Shown: in pieces, positions 14,291 through 24,343 of the stretch | How the letters are laid out: each line of letters opens with the position of its first letter | Numbering within the stretch: position 1 is the first letter of the stretch | Assembly (NCBI GenBank): GCA_052327205.1 | Contig: CM126222.1 | Span: forward strand, 59,396,001 to 59,460,000 | Length of the DNA stretch: 64,000 bases | Reading direction: 5' to 3' | Origin: Somniosus microcephalus | Taxonomy: Eukaryota | Translations under genes and position numbers: made by a program | Notes under the pieces: model-generated | Database searches by the model: none | Seen by the model: only the letters and a program-made list of their open reading frames with translations | What the model was told of the DNA's origin: nothing

Positions 14291-17200
14291 TCATTTAATT
14301 ATTACAGTCAACTGTTTTGTTCACTGTATTGTGCTCAAATTTCAATAGTGTGTATGTATGCTTATAGAGAGGACTAACTACACAGGACTGCATGATAAGT
14401 TTCATCATTATTTGTACAGTAGGGGAGAAGGTTATAATTCACTTGCAAGGACAAATTCTTTTATTTGATTTAGGAAGTTATGTCATATGTTTCCTTTGGT
14501 ATAAATACTAAATTTGAATCTAAACAAATTTGCATTCTGCTTTTTGAATGACTCATTCAATGTAGGAAGGAAAACCCTTTTGTCACTTTTTTGAGATACC
14601 TGACATTGGTTTATACAAATCAACGTCACAAGCCTGGGGATTTTAACTTCTGAATGGAGACCGAGAGGGATTGGGTTTAAATTTACCCATAAAATTACAC
14701 GTTTTCATCAGCTTATTGTTGTTTGGTAGATTTATCTAAAAGTTTTCTTTTTGAATTAATTCATGGTCAACCTATTAGATTGGTTGCTTGTTTTGCTTAT
14801 TTGATGCCAGGGAGTTTGGTTGCCTGGAGAATTATCCACGGTCAAGTGGCCGTTGATTAATACAGAACTCTGCTCATTTAATCTCCCTTTGAATGACATA
14901 GGATGGGCATGACGATTCCTGCATAGATACATGCCCTGTTTTTATAAAGCATCCTGCTTTGCAAAACGCTCAGTTGAACTTCTGAATTTTGCTTTCCACC
15001 TACTTAGAGGCAAATTCTTGAACTTCCTTGCCTTAAATTCCTAAAATGCTTGAAAGATCCTGTGTTAATATTATTTTTTAAGCTCCTGCATAAATTTGTA
15101 CCTTTAAGAATGAAACTTTGAGCACATTAACGGTTTTGAGTATTAAAAGTTTTGAAGCTTCAAGTTTTGTGCAGGCTGTCCAAGAAGGATTTGTGGTGAT
15201 TTTTCTGTTGACATTCTCTTCTTCCTTCACTACTATTGTCCTGATTTATTTTTTTCCCTCTATGACCTTCCTCATTGTGATGAATTCTCTTCCTGGGGAT
15301 CACAGCACCGCCTGCAAATGCTGTGTGATGGATCAGTCAGCAGGAGTGATGGTTAAAGCAGAGCAAATGTGTCTGTTGGTCTCCCTGTCCCTGAAATATC
15401 CCTGAAGTTGTATTAATTTTTTTGTGGGGAGTTAAATGCTGAGCACATAAACTCATTTTGAGATAAAGAAGTACATGAGATGATAGATGATTTGTAAATA
15501 TGCATTATTTTGTAATCTCGTTATTTGATTTATTCCGACAGTAAAGGACAGCTAAAGTCTGAAGTTTTAACTGGTATTGGGATTTTTCTTTATATAAAAG
15601 TGCATTCCTAATTTTGTTGCTCCATACTCAAATATGGGTCGGTCAATTTGTTGCATGTTGAGTAATCTACAAGAATTCAATATGATTTCATTTCCTATGG
15701 ATGGAGTTTCCAAGTATCAGGGATATTTCAGAGTATCACGACCTGATTACTTATGATCGATACTTCACCTACAATTATACCTTTCACCTTCAATCAGCTA
15801 GTAGTCAAAGTTGCTGTGTTTCAACAGAAAAATTTGCTCTGGATTCTGTCTCTGAATAAAGTCTAAAGTCACATAACTATGTTCTGCGATTAATTTCTCC
15901 TCCTTCTGGAGAAAATGCGCACAAGTTGCATTTTTCAAGTGATTTTGTACAGAAATTCTTTTTAACACAACATGGCATGCCTGAATGTGGATTAACAGAA
16001 TTTGATTAACTCTTCTCAGTACAGGGTATCTTTAACAGTTTTCAAAATGTGTTTTCCATCATAGAATATCTACAGCATCCAAAAAGAACATTAAGAACTG
16101 AAACATACTATTTTAGACTGCTAAAATGGTTCATAGGAGACCGAGCAGGACTGCCACAAAGATGAAGATTTAAGGGGAGTTGGAGATTTGTCAGCTTAGA
16201 ACCAACAGCTTCTGTAATCTGTTTTTGGACAGCTAAGTTTCGCTGCTGCTCATATTGGCTCTTTATAAAAAAACGCTATTGTGCATCCACTACCTGAAAA
16301 CATTTCTAAGATTCCCAAATCCTGGGAGTTAGGCTCAGCTCCCCTTTAAAAATTAGCTGAATCTAAGCACTTTGTAATTAATATAGTTGGCTCCCGACGG
16401 GCAGCTTGGTAGCATAATTGTTACAGTCCTAACTTCTCAAGTGGATAGTTACAGGATTGCATTTTGTGGCTGGCTGCCGGAACAGTTTAGATTTTACCGG
16501 TTTTTGGCTTGTGTGGTAGGTGTTCTGAGTTTGGGAAGAGGCAAAAAAAAACTGATGTGTTCTGGTCTTTTTTTTTTACAGATGGATCTTTTGCAAGCAA
16601 GCTGTGAAATGGCATGTGTTACGATTGCACAGAAGCTTAAAGCCAGGATTGCTGCAGCCTTGTAGCTTTAGAGGTACTGTAATGTACTCGACCCTTGGAG
16701 TGCTTGGGTTCAAACCCGGTGTCGACTGTCACTCGGACTTGATTCTTTGGCTGCTAGATGAAGCATTTTATTTTGGGCGCGGGCCGAGGAGAAGGAAGCT
16801 AGCGGGGGCAGTCCTAATTCACATCAATGGACCGCCCGCTGATACACTAGAGAATGGTATTGGAGCATACAGCAGAAAAGTATGTATTGCAAGCAATCCG
16901 GCTCTACACATAAAAACAAGAGTTCGTGTAGTGATGTGATGCAACAGTATGAGTCTGAAGGAAAAAAATTGGAGTTAAAAATAGATTGCATGTTCTACCC
17001 AAGACTTCAAAAAAGTTTTTTTTTTAAAGCTCACTACAGAATGCAGCTGCTGTCGTATTATAACATAATCTTGTAATTCTCATTTCTGTCTTTACAAAGT
17101 TGGTTACTGTTATGAAAATAATTTTTAAAAAAATGAAAAGCATCTTATTCAGTCATTCGATAACTCAATTTTTGCCCTTGAGGTTGCAGTAGGATTTCTT

Positions 17201-18244
17201 CACCAAAACCAAAACTCTAATAGTGGTTATTTTTTCAATTTGAGTCTAAGAATGAAGGATGAAGATATATTCTGTGATTCTGTATATTTTTATAATTCTC
17301 CTTTTAAAATATTCATCATTAATAGAAATTTTCAGTAAACTATGTCTTCTAGATAAGTCACAAACCCAGTATTTTGAAAACCAGTCAAGGTTGAAAACAA
17401 TATTATTTTATATATGAAAGTCAGGTTATTAGCAACTTGTGAAATTTTGGCAGTAGCATTTAAAAAAATTGTTGCAGAGAAGAAAAATAATCTTTTGGAA
17501 AAGTATTATAGATTAACCAATGAGAACATCACTTGGAACTGTTCACATTCTTTTCCCTTTTGAATTGTTTCTTCTAAAGCCAATTTAGAGTTGATTGCTT
17601 TTTTTTTGCACTAAACTATGAAAAAATGTCTCCCATGATGGCAAAGTTCTCAGAATTTTGAGGACGATACCGGCTGGTGTTGGTGTTTACTTGTTGGACC
17701 TGCAACTTGGCGGAGGGCTTGGGAAACTTCTCAGCTTGAGTTCAAGCTACTTTGTAAAAATTCAGAACAAACAGTGTGAGCAAACTGCTAAATCATGTCT
17801 CTGGTGCTTCCATTTGGAGTCAGATTCCAGTCAGAAATGTTTGGCTGCGACTTCCTTTAGGTACACGTAAAATCTTAAATTAGTCCGAAATGCTGAAAGT
17901 GCTGAAATAACTAGTCTGAAGTAATCTCGGATAGTGTGGGATGCTGGAAATGGAAGTCTGAAGGTCCATTTAGTGAACCGGTTTTATTTGGCTCAGCACT
18001 TCGCTTTAGCAGAATTTTGTGTTGTTTTGGTTTATTTTAGGACATATTGTTCACAGTTAGCAGATAGTTACATATTTTCATCAGCAATTTTATGGCAGCA
18101 AATATGCATTACAATAATGCAAACTAATTTGAAACATCAACAAAATTAGAAATATTAGCAGTTTTAATTTCTTTTAGCATTCCTTCATTGTAATTAACAG
18201 CAAATAGGTTAGTAGCCACTAAAGCATAGAAATGTTCATTTTTT

Positions 18245-18367
18245 TTTAGTCATTCATGGGATGTGAGCATCGCTGGCAAGGCCAGCATTTATTGCCCATC
18301 CCTAATTGCCCTTGAGAAGGTGGTGGTGAGCCGCCGTTTTGAACCGCTGCAGTCCATGTGGTGAAGG
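18245..18367 (-). mobile_element. Isolated 3' end of a CR1/Jockey-group LINE, same family as 18384-19082
   Basis: Near copy of 18390-18497 (GGGATGTG...GGCAAGGCCAGCATTTATT.CCCATCCCTAATTGCC). Confidence 0.7.
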
Positions 18368-18383
18368 TCTGTGTCAATTTGTT

Positions 18384-19082
18384 TTTTATTTATTCGTTCC
18401 TGGGATGTGGGCATTGTTGGCAAGGCCAGCATTTATTACCCATCCCTAATTGCCTGTGAGCTGCCTTCTTGAACCGCTGCAGTCCGTGTGGTGAAGGTAT
18501 TCCCACAGTGCTGTTAGGGAGGGAGTCCCAGGATTTTGACCCAGCGACGATGAAGGAACGGCGATATATTTCCAAGTCAGGATGGTGTGTAACTTGGAGG
18601 GGAACTTGGAGGTGGTGGTGTTCCCATGTACCTGCTGCCCTTGTCTTTCTAGGTGGTAGAGGTCGCGGGTTTAGGAGGTGCTGTCGAAGAAGCCTTGGCG
18701 AGTTGCTGCAGTGCATCTTGTAGATGGTACACACTGCAGCCACGGTGCGCCGGTGGTGGAGGATGTGAATGTTTAAGGTGGTGGATGGGGTGCCAATCAA
18801 GCGGGCTGCTTTTTCCTGGATGGTGTTGAGCTTCTTGAGTGTTGTTGGAGCTGCACTTATCCAGGCAAGCGGAGAGTCTTCCATCACACTCCTGACTTGT
18901 GGCTTGTAGATGGTGGAAAGGCTTTGGGGAGTCAGGAGGTGAGACACTCGCCACAGAATACCTAGCCTCTACCTGCTCTTGTAGCCACAGTATTTATGTG
19001 GCTGGTCCAGTTAAGTTTTGGGTCAATGGTGACCCCCAAGATGTTGATGGTGGGGATTCGGCGATGGTAATGGTATTGAATG
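18384..19082 (-). mobile_element. CR1/Jockey-group LINE 3' portion (ORF2 C-terminus), left part
   Basis: ORF 18390-18947 (IYKPQVRSVME.SPLAW...LNTIQEKAARLI) is a post-RT LINE domain. The element resumes at 20501 after nested insertions. Confidence 0.8.
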
Positions 19083-19655
19083 CTATCTTTATAAAGTGCT
19101 GGTTAGGCCACAACTGGAGTAGTGCATCCAGTTCTGGTAACTACACTTTAGGAAGGATGTGAAGGCCCTTGAGAGGGTGCAGAGGAGATTTATCAGAATG
19201 GTTCCAGGGATGGGGGATCTTAGCTACAAGGACAGGTTGGAGAAGCTGGATTTGTTTTCATTAGAGCAAAGGAGGTTGAGGGGTGATATGATAGAGGTGC
19301 ACAAGATTATGATGGGTTTGGATATGCTAGACGGGGAAAGGCTGTTCCCACTAGTTGATGGTACAAGGACTTGGTGACACAGATTTAAGGTTTTGGGCAA
19401 GAGATACAGGGGGGATGTGAGGAAAAACTTTTTTACGCAGCGAGTGGTGAGGACCTGGAACTCACTGCTGACAGAAGTGGTGGAAGCAGAGACGCTCGAT
19501 GTTTTCAAGGGGAGACTGGATAGGCTTTTGAGGGAAATAAACTTGCAGGGCTACGGGGATAGAGCGGGGGAATGGGACTGACTGGATTGCTCTACAGAGA
19601 GCCGGCACAGACTCAATGGGATGAATGGCCTCCTTATGTGCCATTATGACTCTAT
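19083..19655 (+). mobile_element. 5'-truncated CR1 LINE
   Basis: LERVQRRFIRMVPGM...LEQRRLRGDMIEV and FFTQRVVRTWNSL, followed by a CR1 3' UTR ending ATGACTCTAT. Confidence 0.9.
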
Positions 19656-20490
19656 GGGGGTGATTTTGCCAATGGGGAGCTTTTGGAGGTGGGACTCCCA
19701 CTTCTCGGGTTTTAATCGTACCTCCATCAACTTATGGCCAACCCACGCTATTTTCCCCTGTTTGAGCTTGTTAAGCCCGCCCAACAGGCTTAGCGGGCCA
19801 ATTAAGGGAAAGCCAGTTGCAGAGAACGTCAACGTATGACATTTCATCTATCAAAAACTTTTGACAGATGAATTGTCATCATTCGACAGCTATATGCAGC
19901 TGTCAAACAGTGACATTCTCTGTAGTTTGATGAGGTCTTGAATTCAAGACCACATCAAACCTCTTTCTTTTGCAGAAATGAGATGGTTGTGGAACTGGAG
20001 AATGCAACAGCCATCTGTCATCTCTACCACGGAGGTGCGAGACTCTCCGCATCCCCACCGACTGAAGTCTGCAGGAAGAAACAAAGGTAAGTACACTTTT
20101 TCTAACACTTTCCACTTTCCTCAGATACTTACCACTCCACACTTGCACCCATCACTTACCTTCACAGTGCACTTTTGCACCTCTCCGATCCCCGCAGACC
20201 TACTGCTCGCCTCGGTGACCCTGGCGGTGTTCGGAGCCTTCGGGAAGCCCTCACTTGTGTGGGCAAAATGGGGATAAGCCTATTTTCTGTCTGTTAACTA
20301 CCTGTTAACAGGCAGTTAAGTGGCTGTAATCCCTTCCCGCCTCCAAGAAGACGGGACCCGGTGCCGGACGGCTACCCGCCTCCTGGCAAAATGGCATGGA
20401 GATGGGTTGGGCACCCGCCCCCAAATTCTGCCATTTTCCTGGCAGTCCTGCTTCCATACCCGCCTCCCCAGGGCTGGCAGGATCATGCCC
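19656..20490. mobile_element. Harbinger-type MITE, multi-hairpin family, copy A
   Basis: Ends GGGGGTGATTTTGCC / GGCAGGATCATGCCC. Collinear with 39955-40795. Inserted in the CR1 tail. Confidence 0.75.
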
Positions 20491-20500
20491 GTAGACTCTA

Positions 20501-20660
20501 TGAATGTCAAGGGGGCAGTGGTTAGACTCTCTCTTGTTGGAGATGGTCATTGCCTGGCACTTGCGTGGCACGAATGTTACTTGCCACTTACCAGTCCAAG
20601 CCTGAATGTCGTCCAGGTCTTGCTGCAGATATGCATGGACTGTTTCATTATCTGAGGATT
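20501..20660 (-). mobile_element. CR1/Jockey-group LINE, right part of the element split at 19082
   Basis: TGAATG is duplicated at 19077-19082 and 20501-20506. The sequence continues the same LINE (compare 45190-45360). Confidence 0.75.
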
Positions 20661-21576
20661 TTAGAAGACAAGTTATCCCGTGAGATAAGCCATGTACCCC
20701 TCACATATAGATGATTTATGATTATCTTGAAATTAATCTAATTTCTTAATAAGCAACCTCAGTTTAGAATAGAAAAAACAATGTTGGGAGTGAGTTACAA
20801 ACTGTATTTAAAGTATTGAAAACAAGACAGGTTCTCTGATAAGATTTGATGTTAATCTTAGGTTGCCATTAAACTACCACTTGTGCCAATGCAATGGTTT
20901 ATGATTCAGCGTCGGTGAAAGACTAACAGTACAACTCAGGAGTGAGGTTGACGAACTGATTCTTGAGCAAGCTAAAGCAACAGGTGTGAGACTACTTGTG
21001 CTGTTTGATCTTGCATTTCTTGGGCTTTGTGCTGGATAGATCTACTTTCAGCCCTGTTAGGAGCCACATTTCAAAAGCACCCATGCAGTCCAACAGACTC
21101 GGTGTTTTACAAAATTTTGACTATTTTCAATGTTATGAGAAAAGTGATGTTTCTACCTCTGCTCTCATAATATTAAAGGTTAGCTGTTGGGGAGCGGAGC
21201 ACTGCTCATGCAAGTACGCATACGCAGTGCTCCTTTTTGCTCATCTCAGTGGAATCACAATGAGATGCAAATGGCTTTGCAGTTTGAGTCTGTTGGCTGT
21301 ATATTGTTCTATAAATATACTAGTCTCAGACTGGTATCTGAAGTATAATGGCAGCCTGACTTTGATGTTTAAAAAGATTCTCTGGTCTTCACTGTAGAAA
21401 GTTGTGGCATAGTAAGTTATCCATAGAGCTTTCAACCAGCAATGTCTTCAAAGGGTGGAATGTGATTTGCTCTAATAATTTGAAAATGGGATCATGGTTT
21501 TCTGTACAACTGGCAAATCAGTTGATTTTGGTGACTTTGGTGTTTGACCTCGATCACAAAATGGGCAGTTGAGAGG

Positions 21577-21807
21577 TGTTATAAATCTCATCATTCATCA
21601 AGAAACTACTCGTGAAATAACGCTGGACGGCCAGCTGGTGGCGCCGTCCAAGGAGTATAAATACTCGGGCGTCGGCCCCAGCTTTCCAGGGACATTTTGT
21701 AAGACAAGGAGCGAGTGAAGTACAACTAGACCTCCATGTTCTGAAACAAGTTGATTAAAGCCTTGCTTTATACTCAAACCAAGTGAGTAGTGAGTTTTAT
21801 TACGTCA
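21577..21807 (+). mobile_element. Solo LTR (231 bp)
   Basis: TG...CA ends, perfect 5-bp TSD AGAGG, TATAAATA and ATTAAA signals. A second copy lies at 47824-48050. Confidence 0.9.
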
Positions 21808-21989
21808 AGAGGTATGATTATTCCTTACTGTAGTCACCTACTGGCACTTGGGTGACAAGATAACTTTCTCTTTTCAAAATGTCACCAAGGCTGCAGTTAT
21901 ACTTCAGTGGTGGAGTACATTGCTCAGGCACTGACCAGGATTATGTTGGTCATGATCACTCATAATGCACCTCTGACCACCTCCTTGTA

Positions 21990-22400
21990 CCTTTCATCAC
22001 CCACACCCCCATACCCCCTTCCAGATGCATTTTCTCCAGTGTTTGGCCTTGGAAAAACCTCTCCGCTTTCAAGCTCCCAATTGTGTAACCTTTGGGCCCT
22101 CCATTTGCTATGATACCTTCGCAGCTGTTGATTTGCTCAACCTTTCCCTCATCTCCATCTTTGATGACCTTGTCTCCAGCAAAATCTTCACTCTCTCCTA
22201 TCCTGGTTATCCTCCCTTGTATGGCCCGCATCTGTGCTCCCTTAAGTCCAAGGGTTGCAGACTTAAGTGTATCTTGTGCACAACTGGTTTGACCTTCCAT
22301 CAAAAGAACTGGCAGGACCACATCAAGCTTTACCAGGCCGTACTCTCCTCTGTCAAAACTGCCCACTATTCGAGAATCATCCTGGACTGCAAAATAATGA
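21990..22400 (+). mobile_element. Degraded L2/CR1-group LINE ORF2 fragment
   Basis: Remnant TTGL.FHQKNWQDHIKLYQAVLSSVKTAHYSRII resembles the endonuclease-RT linker. Confidence 0.5.
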
Positions 22401-22534
22401 AGCATAAGCACATTATCTTTCGTACCCCAAGATCAAACTATAATTTTATGTTTACAAAAAACCCAAATATTAATACCACTGTTGGCCTGTAGTGTTCTGT
22501 CACACAATGTGGATATTTTCCAATGATTCCTCAC

Positions 22535-23045
22535 AAGGTGATTGCACTAGAGAGGGTACAGAGGAGATTTACAAGGATGTTGCTGGGAGCAGAGAATCTT
22601 GACTATGAGGAAAGACTGGATAGGCTGGGTCTGTTTTTCTTGGAACAGAGGAGGCTGAGGGGAGACCTTATTGAGGTGTATAAAATTATGAGGGGCATAG
22701 ATAAAATGGATAGCAAGGACCTATTTCCCTTAGCAGAGGGGTCAAAATCCAGGGGGCACAGATTTAAAGTAATTGGGGGACGGTTTAGAGGGGATTTGAG
22801 GGGAAATTTCTTCACCCAGAGGGTTGTGGGGGTCTGGAACTCACTGCCTGAAAGGGTGGTAGAGGCACCCTAACCACATTTAAAAAGTACTTGGATGTGT
22901 ACTTGGGATGCCCTAACCTGCAGGGCTATGGACCAAGAGCTGGGAAGTGGGATTAGGCTGGATAGCTCTTTGTTGGCCGGCGCGGACACGATGGGCCAAA
23001 ATGGCCTCCATCCGTGCTGTAACTTTCTATGATTCTATGATTCTA
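22535..23045 (+). mobile_element. 5'-truncated CR1 LINE
   Basis: ORF 22523-22873 LERVQRRFTRML...RRLRGDLIEVYKIM...FFTQRVVGVWNSLP, and a (TTCTATGA)n tail at about 23025-23045. Confidence 0.9.
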
Positions 23046-23664
23046 ATGTAAGCTATCAATCTCAGCTGGGTGGACTGGGGAACAGCATTGACTGGAGATG
23101 TGAAGTACTTCCACAGAGGGAAAATCAGGGACTGAGTCATGCAGTAGCACACTCACATATCATGGAGCAGGCATTTCAAAAGCATGACACATAATGGGCT
23201 GGAATAATATTGCTGAGATTATGAATGGTTTAGTAGAAAGTAAAACATGAGGAAAATAACGCATTAGGGGAAGAAGAAGGTTGAACCTTTGTAAACTATA
23301 GTGTTCCACAGTGCTTGCGGAGTGCTGTTAATCAGCTTAGGTGACTGCCACAAGAATTGTAACCCTTTGGGTGCCATGTTGAAGGGTTATTATACCATCC
23401 AATTGCAAGGCAAAAGTACCTATTAATGGGTTGTGTTTCTATAGTAGATAACAGGATTGACGCATTAACAGTTACATAGTCTTGCAAACTATTGCACATT
23501 TACTTAGGTCATACTAGTAGGACGAGTTCTTTTCGCTGTAAAGTTGTGATTGAGAAAACTTATAAAAATGGGTCAACGTAGTCTTTGAAATTCATTACTT
23601 CATTAAACAGTAACATTCCAAAGCAGTTAAACTTGCATCAATTGTGACTCAGCTTTGGCGTGAG

Positions 23665-24248
23665 TGTTCTGGACTTATGGACATTATGGACATTTTACAT
23701 GCAGATAGCACCCTCTGGTGGTGGTTATTGTGTTAGCAGTGTTTGTATGCAGCAGAGGTCATTTGACCTTTCTACCTTTCTTCCTGTTTGACCCAGGAAG
23801 TAGAATTCCAGGAAGAACCTAACTGAGTAATGGAGGATCTTCCATGAGGGATCCTCAATCCAATGTAATCTGATCTCATATGTTAGGCCAGGCGCAATAT
23901 CTGTGAGTATCTTTGTTTGTTAGCATAACAGCAACTTTGTCAGTGTAGTATTTTGACAATACTATGTTTATGAGAAGTAATAGTTGATATTTACAGAAGT
24001 ACAGTCCAAATGTTAGTTAGTTATACAATTAGTCTATTCTACTGTTGTAAATATGTTTATATCTTATGTAATATCGAATGTATAGTACTCAGTTTATGTA
24101 AAAAACATACTTTGTCTTTGTTTACAGTTTCACAAATTTGTTCAAGTAAAGCTTCAAACAGCAAAACGGCTTCACGAGGAATTATTTGAATATAAGTGTT
24201 TAACTTGCTGGATAACTAGATAGGAGCATGTCTAGCGAGGCCAGTACA
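23665..24248 (+). repeat. 5' LTR of the BEL/Pao element (584 bp)
   Basis: Direct repeat of 28524-29105. I count 9 substitutions and one 2-bp indel by eye. Confidence 0.95.
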
Positions 24249-24343
24249 GTGAAAAGATAGCAATACGGCTAGCTGTGAAGAGTGGAGCAGCAGGAACTCA
24301 GAGTGAGCCTTAACCTCGTAGACCACACCTACCTCACATCAAC

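Noticed and set aside
21196-21238. 10-bp stem followed by T5, resembling an intrinsic terminator
   Set aside because: Vertebrate intronic context with no associated gene or Pol III promoter. A single short stem could be chance.
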